Shown piece by piece: positions 1 through 10,081 of a stretch of 55,448 bases of DNA; the first letter of the stretch is position 1, and each line of letters starts with the position of its first letter. A model generated the notes under the pieces. That model saw only the letters and a list, made by a program, of their open reading frames with translations. It searched no databases and had not been told where the DNA came from. Origin of the DNA: Candidatus Woesearchaeota archaeon (GTDB lineage Archaea; Nanobdellota; Nanobdellia; Woesearchaeales; WJIZ01); assembly GCA_018303125.1 (NCBI GenBank), contig JAGVYS010000004.1, forward strand, positions 1 through 55,448. The letters are read 5' to 3'. The position numbers were made by a program, and so were the translations under genes.

Positions 1-71
1 AGGGTCTGTCCTAAAATAGAAACGTTAATATAGTAGTTCTTTTATAGGTTTAGCTATAAGAGGTGCATAGA

Positions 72-542
72 ATGGCTAGACCAAAAACACATAACAAAGC
101 AGTTTGCCAAAACCCAGAATGTTCTTTTTTTAGGAAGGAAAACGGGAAGGATATAACAAAACAAGGCAAAAATTATGCAGGTCATCAGAGGTTCTTGTGT
201 AAACATTGCAGCGTTGTTTTCGTAGAAACTAAAGGAACTCCATTATACCAAAAAAAATTAAGCGAAAGAAAAATAAAAGCGATTTGCAAGGAGCTTGTCG
301 AAAAGAAAGGAATACGCGCTGTTGAAAGAACTCTAAACGTACATCGTGATACCGTCGGAAATCTTCTCAAGGACTTGGCAGAGCATGCTTTATCCATGAC
401 AAATTATATGGTTCACGATTTAAAATTAAGCGCTTATGAAGTTGACGAACTCTGGACATTTGTTAAAAAAAACAAGAAAAATCTGAGCGAGACAACGATG
501 AATTCCCTAAGCGCAATGAAACCATTATCTCGACGTGCATAA
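72..542 (+). CDS. IS1 InsA-like N-terminal transposase ORF (Zn finger + HTH)
   Basis: CQNPEC...CKHC Zn finger, HTH GIRAVERTLNVHRDTV, then EVDELWTFVKK (first DDE Asp). ATG at 72 follows AGGTG; the ORF track starts at GTG 63. Confidence 0.85.
   Translation: MARPKTHNKAVCQNPECSFFRKENGKDITKQGKNYAGHQRFLCKHCSVVFVETKGTPLYQKKLSERKIKAICKELVEKKGIRAVERTLNVHRDTVGNLLKDLAEHALSMTNYMVHDLKLSAYEVDELWTFVKKNKKNLSETTMNSLSAMKPLSRRA
465..473 (+). other. -1 programmed ribosomal frameshift site (A8C) of IS1
   Basis: AAAAAAAAC right after the WTFV codons. The -1 frame reads KQEKSERD...FGVGKWDKNTLRLM without stops into ORF 608-1066. Confidence 0.8.
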
Positions 543-607
543 AGAGAACTTCCTTATTTTTTGCTGCGTTTGGCGTAGGAAAATGGGATAAGAATACTCT
601 GCGGCTG

Positions 608-1066
608 ATGTTCAACAAATTTGAAGATTACGTAAGCCACCCAACGCATAAGCATAAACTGGGGATTTACTCCGACGGCAATGATGACTATGTCTCTGTC
701 TTGCAAGAATATTTTCATAAGGACAGCCTTTGCTATGGACAGAAAGTCAAATCGAAAAACGGGGTGAAAATTATCCCGGCTATAAGAAGAAAAGTTTTTG
801 GGAATCCATCTCACGATGACATTGACACAAACACAAATGAGAGCTTCAACAGTATTTTGAGGGAGAGGCTTTCAAGACTGGTACGAAAATCTAAAGATCA
901 TTCAAAAACAAAATTTCAGCTAAACAATGCTTTATTTTTGTTCCAGTTTTACTGGAATTTCATGCATGAAATTGACAAAAAAGTGACGCCAGCAATGATT
1001 GAAAGACAGGCAGCAAAAATCTGGACGTGGGGTAACTTTCTTCATGCTAAGTTAACGTTCGCTTAA
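608..1066 (+). CDS. IS1 InsB-like catalytic (DDE) part, probably translated as a fusion with ORF 72-542
   Basis: IYSDGNDDY (second Asp) and TNTNESFNSILRERLSRLVRKS (Glu, IS1-like signature). The frame is open upstream to about 470. Confidence 0.85.
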   Translation: MFNKFEDYVSHPTHKHKLGIYSDGNDDYVSVLQEYFHKDSLCYGQKVKSKNGVKIIPAIRRKVFGNPSHDDIDTNTNESFNSILRERLSRLVRKSKDHSKTKFQLNNALFLFQFYWNFMHEIDKKVTPAMIERQAAKIWTWGNFLHAKLTFA

Positions 1067-2669
1067 TAGGACAGACCCGAAACGTACTAGCGCAGATAGT
1101 CGTCACTTCACGGAAATTCTGGCAGGTTGCAGTAAATCCTGAATTGGCAGCTAGCTGAGAACTTGAGTCATATTTGAAGACACTCAATGAGGAGCTATAT
1201 CCGTGTGCACTGATAAAAACTGTTGGAGGTCTTTTACACAAATATTTCTTTGCCACTTCGTTAATTCCTGTTTTAATGTTCTGTATAGGTATTTCCTCCT
1301 TCACCTCACAATTAAGGGTCGTGCCTGCGGGGAGCGGCTTAATAGTACCATCGAAAAAATAACCGCATGATTTCTTTAGCTCTTCACTGTCTTTCCCCTT
1401 TGAGTCATATAGGCAAAAACAGCACTGTTTCCCAATATCCTGAAGGATACTTTGTTCAATCAGTTCTCGTCCTCCTCCGCCAGGAGAACCCCCCCTCTTA
1501 GGCGTATTACTGCACCATGGATCTAAGGCATCCTGCTCAAATTCGCATAGGCCACCTCGAGATGATGCAAGGCAATCACCATTGAAATAGCGACTGCATG
1601 CTGTTATGCCTGAATACATTGTCCCCTTCACTGCTTCTCCAGTAGAGGGGTCAAGGGTATCACAAGTTCCTTCCGGGTTTTCCTCTAATTTTACAGGCCT
1701 TGTTGATTCTCCATCCAAGATCCCTTCATTTGCAGCCATGCAACGAGCTGTACCCAGACATATTTCAGGGTCATTGCAGGCCAAAACAGGCAACCTGAAT
1801 CCAACGCTGATAGAATCCCCAGAAGTTTGGGATTCATCAAGAAGTTCAACCACTTCGATAAAAGGGCAAGCCAAGCCACCTGCAGCATTTCCAAAGCTCT
1901 GTGAAAATGGGCCAATAGTAAAGGGCATTCTTCCTTTGCCTTTAACTATAATATGTTTCTCAGAGTCTAGGGACATAGATACCTTATAAGTCCCAGAGCA
2001 ATACTTTGAATCCCTCAAAAATCCCTGAAACTCAAATGGTTTTCCATCTTCAGGCACAGAGGAAGCACTAAAGGCATCAACAAGTAGCCTGCATCTCGGA
2101 CTGTCTGTAAGCTGCTCGTGCGGACCGAGCTTGAGAAGCACACCGCCAGGTTTAGGGAAATGGAATACCTCTGGCTCCTTCTTAGCCACACCGATTCTCA
2201 CGGCATCCCCTGTTATGGAGCCAGAGAAACCAGAATCACCTTTTGAAAGGTATACTGTTAAAGATTCTTTATTTCCTTCAACAAATTCATATTCAACTAT
2301 CTGCGGCCCATAATCTTCAGCAGCAACATCAATATAATATATACGGCTGTCGAGCATGTTGATGGCAGGTACATCCTTTCCATTTTCCTCATAAAGACTC
2401 AATATTTCATCAGTAAACTGAATAGGCTCATTTTTAAATACTGCCAACCCTTTTCTTGATGCTTCCTGTGTTTCAATCTCTGTAAGGCTGTCATCATACA
2501 GTGTAACTTCAGCATACTTGATGGGCCTTCCTGAATCAGCATCAACAACATTTACGCTTATTGAACCTCCTTCCTCGGTTCCATAGGAAAGTTCTCCTGC
2601 TTTTCCTGTCTGCGAAAGGTCATTTGCAAAAAGAGAAACACCAAGAGTCACAAGCATGAGAGAAGCCAA
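1047..2669 (-). pseudogene. Secreted Cys-rich protein, 3' end truncated by IS1
   Basis: Hydrophobic signal-like N-terminus, a beta-sandwich-like segment (ISVNVVDADSGRPIKYAEVTL) and many Cys. The last ~10 codons run through the IS right end. The in-frame ATG at 2702 is followed directly by TGA. Confidence 0.65.
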
Positions 2670-2787
2670 AATAAAGAGGTATTTTGGGTTTATCCTTCAC
2701 ATAGTTGCCCATTCGAACAATTGATATTTAATCCTTTCTGGCAACATAGGATAAATTTTTATATATAATCAATGTTTGTTTTCCGTG

Positions 2788-4665
2788 ATGAAATTTCCTG
2801 TTCCATTGGAAGCCTATAAGCCGCTCAAGCTTGACCCAGCAGAAAAGACACTTGGCAAGGCATCTAAGGAGATTCTTGAGAATAATATTTCACTTTTGAG
2901 GGACGCGATAGTTTTCTTTACTGCATGCGCAGGTGCAAAAGGCCTAGGAGGGCATACCGGCGGGGCGTATGATATAGTGCCGGAAATGCTTATTATAGAT
3001 GGGCTTAGAAGAGGCGGTGCAAGAATCCATCCTATAAATTTTGACGAGGCAGGCCACAGGGTTGCTATTCATTATCTCATGGCAGCGCTTGACAAAAAAA
3101 GCGGGATGAGCATATCTGATCTGCTCCATTACAGGGAATATGATTCCGGCCTTCCAGGCCATCCTGAAATAGATGCGAAGAAAGGTATACAGTTCAGTTC
3201 AGGAAGGCTTGGGCATATGTGGGGGCATGCAAATGGTGTTGCCGAGCAAAATCATGACATAAAAATCGCTCTTTTTTGCAGCGATGGTTCTCAGGAAGAA
3301 GGCAATGATGCAGAGGCAGCAAGATATGCAGTGGCAAACAACCTTAAGATGATATTGTTGGTTGATGATAATAATGTAACTATAGAAGGGCATCCGCAGG
3401 AATACATGAAGGGGTTTTCCATAGCAAGGACTCTTGAAGGCCACGGCATGGCTGTTGACATAGGCAATGGAGAAGACACAGAAAAACTATATGAGAGGGT
3501 AGTAAAGGCATTATCTGCTGATAGGCCAATTGCTCTTGTGAACAAAAGGCCCATGGCAGTAGGCATAATGGGGGTTGAAGGCTCAACAAAGGCGCATGAT
3601 GTTATCGCAACCGAGGAAGCTGCTGAACACCTGAGAAAAAAAGGATATGGGAGTGCAGCTGATTATCTGTCCTCATTGAAAGATGAAACAAAAAGTGCTC
3701 AAAGTCTCGGCTCATCAAAGGAAACATACAAGCCAAGATCAGAATTCGGAAATATAATATGCGAAATACTTTCCAGGAAAAAAGATGCAGAAAGGAAAAA
3801 AGTCCTGGTTATAAGTAATGATTTGGGCGGCTCCTGCGGCCTCAGCATAATAGGGCAGAAATATCCCAGCATTTATAGGAAATCAGGTGTGATGGAAAGA
3901 AACAACTTCCTCGTTGGTGCCGGCTTTGGCTCAAAGGATGGCTATCAGGGCATATATGGCACTTTCTCTGTCTTCATGGAGATGATAATATCTGAAATAG
4001 CCATGTCAGGCCTCAACAAGGCCAATGTCCTTGCACACTTTTCACATGCAGGCATTGATGACATGGCTGATAATACCTGCCATTTCGGCATAAACAATTT
4101 CTTTGCCATGGGCGGCTTTGAAAACTCTAACATGCTCTATTTCCCTGCTGACAGGCACCAGATGAAAGCCATACTTGAAAAGGTATTTGACAATAAAGGC
4201 CTGAGATTCATATTTTCATCAAGGTCATCTGTCCCGGACATACTTGACGAAAATAGAAACGCATTATTTGCAGGCAATTATGCATTCACGGGCAAGGATG
4301 AAATCATTAGAGAGGGGAAAAAAGGCTGCATTGTGAGCTATGGCGAGATGCTCCATAGGTGCCTTCATGTTGCTGAGGAGTTTAAAGGCGAGATAGCGCT
4401 TCTGAACAAACCCTTACTGAACCAATTTGACAATTCCATGCTGGATAATCTATGTTCATATCCTTTTGTGCTTGTTGTTGAAAGCCAGAGCATAAATTCG
4501 GGCCTTGGCATAAGGCTCGGGGCAAAGCTCCTTGAAAAAGGTTATCGTGGCAAATATTCCATAATGGGTTCATCAAAGCACGGCAAAGGCGGCTTGTCAG
4601 AGCAATTGCTTAACCAAGGCTTGGATATAGCATCCATAAGGAAAATGGTCAAGAAGATGCTCTAA
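2788..4665 (+). CDS. tkt: Transketolase-family TPP enzyme (single chain, divergent)
   Basis: GHTGG, LPGHPE, SSGRLG and a TPP motif SDG...EEG...DDNN, followed by pyrimidine-binding and C-terminal domains. The ORF track starts at TTG 2776. Confidence 0.8.
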   Translation: MKFPVPLEAYKPLKLDPAEKTLGKASKEILENNISLLRDAIVFFTACAGAKGLGGHTGGAYDIVPEMLIIDGLRRGGARIHPINFDEAGHRVAIHYLMAALDKKSGMSISDLLHYREYDSGLPGHPEIDAKKGIQFSSGRLGHMWGHANGVAEQNHDIKIALFCSDGSQEEGNDAEAARYAVANNLKMILLVDDNNVTIEGHPQEYMKGFSIARTLEGHGMAVDIGNGEDTEKLYERVVKALSADRPIALVNKRPMAVGIMGVEGSTKAHDVIATEEAAEHLRKKGYGSAADYLSSLKDETKSAQSLGSSKETYKPRSEFGNIICEILSRKKDAERKKVLVISNDLGGSCGLSIIGQKYPSIYRKSGVMERNNFLVGAGFGSKDGYQGIYGTFSVFMEMIISEIAMSGLNKANVLAHFSHAGIDDMADNTCHFGINNFFAMGGFENSNMLYFPADRHQMKAILEKVFDNKGLRFIFSSRSSVPDILDENRNALFAGNYAFTGKDEIIREGKKGCIVSYGEMLHRCLHVAEEFKGEIALLNKPLLNQFDNSMLDNLCSYPFVLVVESQSINSGLGIRLGAKLLEKGYRGKYSIMGSSKHGKGGLSEQLLNQGLDIASIRKMVKKML

Positions 4666-5230
4666 ATATTCCCTTCATTATCTCCTTGTGTATCTGTGCT
4701 ATGCTCCCTGAGCCATCTACCCTCAATATTATGCTTTTGGGATATTCCCTGAGGATTTCTTCTGTTTTTTTATGATATACATCAATGCCATGCTTTATCA
4801 CAGCCATGTCCTGGTCATCCTCCCTTTTCTCCTTCTTTGCCCTCTTAAGAATCCTGTTGATTAATGCACCCTCTTTTTCAAAGTGGAGAAGGATTATCTG
4901 CACAACATCAAATCTCTTGTTTACTTCCCTAACCTGCTTTCTGTCCCTTGGCATCCCATCTAGTATTATTATGTCTTTCAAAGAATCAAAAGCCTTGTTC
5001 TCAACTAACCTCTTTAGCTCTGCATCAAAGAGTTTCATGGCAAGTGAATCAGGGACGAGTTCCCTCTTCTCAAGGTATTTTTTCACTTTCTTTCCAATCT
5101 CGCCATGATGCTCAACATATCTGAATATATCACCGGTAGAAATATGGAAATATCCCTTCTTTTTGCCTATCAGGATGCCTTGAGTGCCTTTTCCTGCACC
5201 AGGAGGCCCGAATATCAGTATGGCTTTCAT
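4649..5230 (-). CDS. adk: Adenylate kinase (bacterial type, short LID)
   Basis: P-loop GPPGAGKGTQ, HISTGDIFR, LDGMPR, KREDD. Confidence 0.9.
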   Translation of the reverse strand: MKAILIFGPPGAGKGTQGILIGKKKGYFHISTGDIFRYVEHHGEIGKKVKKYLEKRELVPDSLAMKLFDAELKRLVENKAFDSLKDIIILDGMPRDRKQVREVNKRFDVVQIILLHFEKEGALINRILKRAKKEKREDDQDMAVIKHGIDVYHKKTEEILREYPKSIILRVDGSGSIAQIHKEIMKGIFRASS

Positions 5231-5303
5231 TGCAAAAATCTAGGAAAAACAGGTTTAAATATGTTTTCAAAAATTTTTTAAATGCCCATCATTTACCTAA
5301 ATT

Positions 5304-6614
5304 ATGAATCTTATAAATGAAATCTCTGATTCTGACCCTGAAATTGCCCAAGCCATAAGAAATGAGTTGAGCAGGCAGGAGCAGGGTGTTGAGCTTATCC
5401 CATCTGAAAATAATGTTTCTAAGGCAGTCCTGCAGGCAATGGGGAGCATATTCACCAACAAGTATTCCGAAGGCTACCCGGGCAAGAGGTATTACGGCGG
5501 GCAGGAATTTGTCGATGTTATAGAAGGGATAGCAATCGCGCGTGCAAAGAATCTATTTGGTGCACAGCACGTCAATGTACAACCATATTCGGGAAGCCCT
5601 GCAAACCATGCGGTCTTTTTTGCCCTGCTTGAGCATAAGGACAAGTTCCTTGGCTTTAGCCTCACAAGCGGCGGCCATCTCACTCATGGTTCACCAGTGA
5701 ATTTCTCTGGGAGAGAGTACCAGTGTATTCCATATGAAGTTGACAAGGAAACAGAGCTCCTTGACATGGACGAGATAAGAAAGCTTGCTGTCAGGGAAAA
5801 GCCAAAGATGATTGTTTCAGGCTTTACAGCCTATCCAAGAAAGATAGATTTTAAGGAATTCCAGGACATTTGCGATGAAGTTGGCGCTTATCATTTTTCA
5901 GATATATCCCATATATCGGGCCTTGTTGCTGGAAAAGCGCATGAAAGCCCTGTCCCTTATGCAGATGTTGTCACAACAACAACCCACAAGTCGCTGAGAG
6001 GCCCAAGAGGGGCAATGATAATGTGTAAGGAAAAAGACAGGCTTCATGACAAGTATCATTCAGAATCAAAGAAGAACCTTGCCCAGCTGATAGACTCTGC
6101 TATATTTCCTGGCTTGCAGGGAGGCCCGCATGACCACACAACAGCAGCAATGGCAGTTGCATTAGGCGAGGCTTTAAAGCCTGATTTCAAAGAATATGCA
6201 TCGCAGATAGTGAGGAATTCCAGGGCCATGGCTGATGAGCTTATGAAAAACGGCATAAAGCTCGTGACAAACGGCACAGATAACCACCTTATACTCATAG
6301 ACTTAAGACCGATAGGGCTTACAGGAAAGGGCAAGCTTGTCCAGGATGCCTTGGACAAGGCGGGCATAACAGCGAATAAAAATACAGTCCCATATGAGCC
6401 TTCAACTCCTTTTAATCCTTCAGGCATAAGGCTTGGCACACCCGCTGTCACAACAAGGGGGATGAAAGAATCTGAGATGAAAGTCATAGGCGAGTCAATT
6501 GCAAAAATAGCGAAGGCTCCTGAAGATGAATCAGTAATCAGCAGGGCAAAGAGCGCAATTGCAGAACTGACGAAGAAATTTCCGCTCTATCCGGGCATGG
6601 GAATACTGAAGTGA
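5304..6614 (+). CDS. glyA: Serine hydroxymethyltransferase (bacterial type)
   Basis: LIPSEN, NKYSEGYPGKRYYGG, GGHLTHG, TTTTHKSLRGPRG (PLP Lys), FPGLQGGPH, SGIRLGTPA. Confidence 0.97.
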   Translation: MNLINEISDSDPEIAQAIRNELSRQEQGVELIPSENNVSKAVLQAMGSIFTNKYSEGYPGKRYYGGQEFVDVIEGIAIARAKNLFGAQHVNVQPYSGSPANHAVFFALLEHKDKFLGFSLTSGGHLTHGSPVNFSGREYQCIPYEVDKETELLDMDEIRKLAVREKPKMIVSGFTAYPRKIDFKEFQDICDEVGAYHFSDISHISGLVAGKAHESPVPYADVVTTTTHKSLRGPRGAMIMCKEKDRLHDKYHSESKKNLAQLIDSAIFPGLQGGPHDHTTAAMAVALGEALKPDFKEYASQIVRNSRAMADELMKNGIKLVTNGTDNHLILIDLRPIGLTGKGKLVQDALDKAGITANKNTVPYEPSTPFNPSGIRLGTPAVTTRGMKESEMKVIGESIAKIAKAPEDESVISRAKSAIAELTKKFPLYPGMGILK

Positions 6615-6621
6615 ATTTATT

Positions 6622-7059
6622 ATGGGCTTGCTTCATCGACATCTTAAAGAGTTAAAGAAGGCTTTGTCAAGAATAGAAAGAATGCCGAACCATGATAATA
6701 TTAACTTGTTCCATGCTCTAGTTTCAGAAAAGCGGGAACTATTAAGGAAGGAATTTGAGCATATAAAATTTCTAGTGGACAACGCAAGGGCAATTTCGAC
6801 AAAGTTGAATCAAATTGATGGAATTTTTGGCAATATGATATTTATGAAAGGTGAAGTTGCGAAAATGCAAGATCGTGCGCTTGGACAAGAAGTGAAAACA
6901 TTCAGGACTGGATTGGATGATGCCTCACAGAAACTGGAGCTTATATGGCAGGACATTGAGATATTGGAGAAAGCCATAAAGCTTGTAAAAAAAGAATCAG
7001 GAATTATGGAAAGAGTAATGAAGTTGGTAAAACGTGAGCAAAAAGTTGAAGAAAGGTAG
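6622..7059 (+). CDS. Hypothetical coiled-coil protein
   Basis: 145-aa ORF 7 bp after glyA on the same strand, helical and K/E-rich, no recognised motif. Confidence 0.65.
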   Translation: MGLLHRHLKELKKALSRIERMPNHDNINLFHALVSEKRELLRKEFEHIKFLVDNARAISTKLNQIDGIFGNMIFMKGEVAKMQDRALGQEVKTFRTGLDDASQKLELIWQDIEILEKAIKLVKKESGIMERVMKLVKREQKVEER

Positions 7060-7101
7060 CGATAAATAAAATAAAAAATAATGCAGTAATTTATTTGAAA
7101 C

Positions 7102-8400
7102 TTAGGAAACATCAGGCAAAATTTTCACAGAAGCAAAATACTTCCCGCTTTTGACAGTTTTTATGGAATCGTTAAGCGGCTCTTTTGTTATCTCAACATA
7201 ATATGTCTTGCAGCCTTCACTCATGCTCACATCGTTAATGACCTTTCTCTGGGAATAATACCCAAGCACTGGCCAGTTTAATACGTTGTAAACACATGAA
7301 TCGTTCTCTATGTTGTTTTTTAGGTAGATCCCCATATCCTTGGATACTTCCCTTAGGCCTTCCTGCAAAGCAATTTTTGGAGTATATGCAGTAATGTATG
7401 ACGGCGCAAAAACAAGAATAAACACTAAAAAAAATGCAGCAAGCCTTTTCATGCTTAATTCCCTTAGGCTGATGGCTGCAAGCAATATTGCTGGCGCAAG
7501 CACCGGGAAAAGGAATCTCTGGACTTCCCACTCCATTGTTTCCGGCATAGCAACGCCCTTGACTATACTAACAAAAAATGCCAAAGTAAAGAGTAACCAG
7601 AAAATAAGGAATGCATCCTTTCCCTTAATTATGCTGTATACTATTGGAATTACAAGCAATCCGAGGAAAAGCACAATTTGCAGTATTATGAAAAAAAGTG
7701 ATACATCCCAAGGAGTGGCAATTACATGTGTTGCCCTCAAGATGGGATAGAAAGGGTCTTTGAACATTGTAATGTTAAAGATAAAGAATGGCAACAAAGT
7801 AGCAATTGCTGCACCAGCAGAATAGAGCAAGAAAGATAGTTTTGGCCTCTTGAGGAGGAATAAGGTAAAAAGTAAAACAACAATCATCATGTATGTGAAT
7901 TTCATCAGGAATGAAAGAGAAACAAAAAAACCTCCAAGAAGGTAAAGCAAAAGGCTTTTTCTCTCAATGCCTTTCCAATAGCTCCATACAGCAATCATTG
8001 CAAGAAGCATTGCCAATGAGTCTGTCATGACCCATCTGCTAGTGAGGATATGGAACGGAAATAGTGCAAGAATAACCATTGAGATTCTTGCAGTCTTTTT
8101 CCCATAGAATAATCCCAGATTGTAAATCATGACAATGGAAAGAGAATTTAAAAGAACCATAACAAGTACCATAATCAGCTCGCTATTGAAAATAGGGACA
8201 AGAATAAGCGGCAGAAGGATTGGCCTCTCATAAAACTGTGCATGTGGCGAGCTTCCCGTCGCCAGTTGCTGGGCATTCATTATGTAGTTAGTCTCATCCC
8301 AGAAAAAATATGATGTATCAAGGTATAGGCGTACGGCTATTCCGACCAATAGGATAAGTATGAAAAAGCCATCATATCTCCTATCTTTTTTTTCTTGCAT
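7102..8400 (-). CDS. GT-C fold membrane glycosyltransferase (PMT/ArnT-like)
   Basis: WDETNY after the first TM helix, ERPILLP, about 11 TM segments, MTDSLA and FLMKFT motifs. Confidence 0.8.
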   Translation of the reverse strand: MQEKKDRRYDGFFILILLVGIAVRLYLDTSYFFWDETNYIMNAQQLATGSSPHAQFYERPILLPLILVPIFNSELIMVLVMVLLNSLSIVMIYNLGLFYGKKTARISMVILALFPFHILTSRWVMTDSLAMLLAMIAVWSYWKGIERKSLLLYLLGGFFVSLSFLMKFTYMMIVVLLFTLFLLKRPKLSFLLYSAGAAIATLLPFFIFNITMFKDPFYPILRATHVIATPWDVSLFFIILQIVLFLGLLVIPIVYSIIKGKDAFLIFWLLFTLAFFVSIVKGVAMPETMEWEVQRFLFPVLAPAILLAAISLRELSMKRLAAFFLVFILVFAPSYITAYTPKIALQEGLREVSKDMGIYLKNNIENDSCVYNVLNWPVLGYYSQRKVINDVSMSEGCKTYYVEITKEPLNDSIKTVKSGKYFASVKILPDVS

Positions 8401-8443
8401 GCAATTAAGCTTAGAAATTAGCTTAATAATTTATCGATACAAT

Positions 8444-10081
8444 CTAATGAAGAAAAAGCCTTATTCCTGTAAAAACCATTGCTATGCCATACTCGTTTGC
8501 CGCATCAATCACTTCATTGTCCCTTATGGAGCCACCTGGCTGGATTATTGCGGTAATGCCTGCTTTTGCAGCCTCATCGACAGCATCTCTAAAAGGAAAG
8601 AATGCATCCGAGGCCATTACTGCTCCCTTTGATTTTCCAACTGATTTCCTTGTAGCTATTATTGCAGAGTCAACCCTTGATGTCTGGCCTGCCCCTATGC
8701 CTACCGTAACAAGGTCCTTTGCATACAGTACAGAATTAGACTTTACATGCTTGCATACTTTCATGGCGAATATCATGTCAGCCATCTGCTCTTTTGTGGG
8801 CATTTTTTTTGTGACGCACAATACATGCCTCAATGTGCCTTTCCTTGCCTCCTCTGTCAGCTTGTCTATCTCATCCTTGCCAGCATTCTGCTTATGGTGT
8901 ATTTCAACGCCTTCAATGGAATAGTCAGGAAAGCTTCTTGTCTGCACAAGCATGCCGCCGATTACTTTCTTTATGGTTGAGCTTTCATGACCATGCTTCC
9001 TGCCATGGTATGACGATATCTTCTCTACCTTGAGCAGTCGGAGATTTTTCTTCTCGGAAAGAATGGACATTGCCTCCTTGTCAAAATCCTCTGCTATTAT
9101 GACCTCGATGAATTTATCTTTCACAAATTCTGCGCACACGCCTGTAAATATCCTGTTCATTGTTATTATGCAGCCAAATGCTGACAAAGTATCCGCATTG
9201 TATGCCTTCTCAAGCGCATCCTCAATCCTGTTTCCAACTGCAACTCCTGACGGATTGGCATGCTTTATGACAGCAACACAAGGATCTCTAAACTCCTTCA
9301 ATATCTCTATCCCTGCATCAGCATCCATTATGTTGTTGTACGAAAGCTGCTTGCCCTGTATCTGGACAGAGCTGCTGACGCATGGCTCATTAAGCTCATC
9401 AGATACATAGAATGCTGCATCCTGATACGGGTTCTCGCCGTACCGCATGTTTTGCTGCTTCGTATAAGCAAGGACAATTTTCTTTGGAAAGGCCTCCTTG
9501 GAAAAATAATGGCTTATTGCCGCATCATAGGCAGATGTTATTTGGAAAGCCTTCACAGCCAGCTCTTTTCTCTTCTCGCTGCTTATGTCACCTTTACTTG
9601 AAAGCTCGGATAGGACAAAAGAGTAATCATCAGAATCTGTCACCACAATTACATCATTGAAATTCTTTGCTGCGCTGCGCAGCATGGAAGGCCCACCTAT
9701 GTCAATCATTTCAAGTACTTTCCTGACAGGAACTTTCTTTTTGATTGTTTCTTCAAATGGGTAAAGGTTCACAACAAGCATATCTATCATGCTTATCTCA
9801 TTATCTTTCGCATCCTTCATATGCTTCTTGTCATTTCTTTCTGCCAAGAGCCCGCCGTGTATCTTTGGGTTCAGGGTCTTTACCCTCCCATCCATTATTT
9901 CAGGAAAGCCGGTATATTCGGAAACGCTCACAACCTTTATTTTGTTGCGTGAAAGCTCTGTAGCAGTACCCCCAGTAGATAGTATCTTTACGCCCATTCT
10001 ATCCAACCTGCGTGAGAACTCAACTATGCCTTTTTTATCATAAACAGAGATGAGCGCTGTCTTGACTTTCAGTTTATTCAT
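8444..10081 (-). CDS. purH: Bifunctional AICAR transformylase / IMP cyclohydrolase
   Basis: ALISVYDK, STGGT, GRVKTLNP, IDIGGPSM, RYGENP, KHANPSG, KHVKSN, GAGQTSRVDS, SDAFFPF. Confidence 0.97.
   Translation of the reverse strand: MNKLKVKTALISVYDKKGIVEFSRRLDRMGVKILSTGGTATELSRNKIKVVSVSEYTGFPEIMDGRVKTLNPKIHGGLLAERNDKKHMKDAKDNEISMIDMLVVNLYPFEETIKKKVPVRKVLEMIDIGGPSMLRSAAKNFNDVIVVTDSDDYSFVLSELSSKGDISSEKRKELAVKAFQITSAYDAAISHYFSKEAFPKKIVLAYTKQQNMRYGENPYQDAAFYVSDELNEPCVSSSVQIQGKQLSYNNIMDADAGIEILKEFRDPCVAVIKHANPSGVAVGNRIEDALEKAYNADTLSAFGCIITMNRIFTGVCAEFVKDKFIEVIIAEDFDKEAMSILSEKKNLRLLKVEKISSYHGRKHGHESSTIKKVIGGMLVQTRSFPDYSIEGVEIHHKQNAGKDEIDKLTEEARKGTLRHVLCVTKKMPTKEQMADMIFAMKVCKHVKSNSVLYAKDLVTVGIGAGQTSRVDSAIIATRKSVGKSKGAVMASDAFFPFRDAVDEAAKAGITAIIQPGGSIRDNEVIDAANEYGIAMVFTGIRLFLH

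Larger units (their letters stand above)
2..1078 (+). mobile_element. IS1-family insertion sequence (~1077 bp)
   Basis: Perfect 12-bp terminal inverted repeats GGGTCTGTCCTA (2-13) and TAGGACAGACCC (1067-1078) enclose a Zn-finger/HTH ORF and a DDE-like ORF in the -1 frame. The left flank is outside the window, so the target duplication cannot be checked. Confidence 0.9.

Noticed and set aside
2697-2702. Sec or readthrough recoding of the TGA in codon 2
   Set aside because: It lies in a signal peptide rather than a catalytic position, no SECIS-like element was noticed, and the gene is already IS-disrupted. A nonsense mutation or error is simpler.
8860-8950. ~25-30 aa insertion in the PurH transformylase domain
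   Set aside because: Probably a surface-loop variant; catalytic motifs on both sides are normal.
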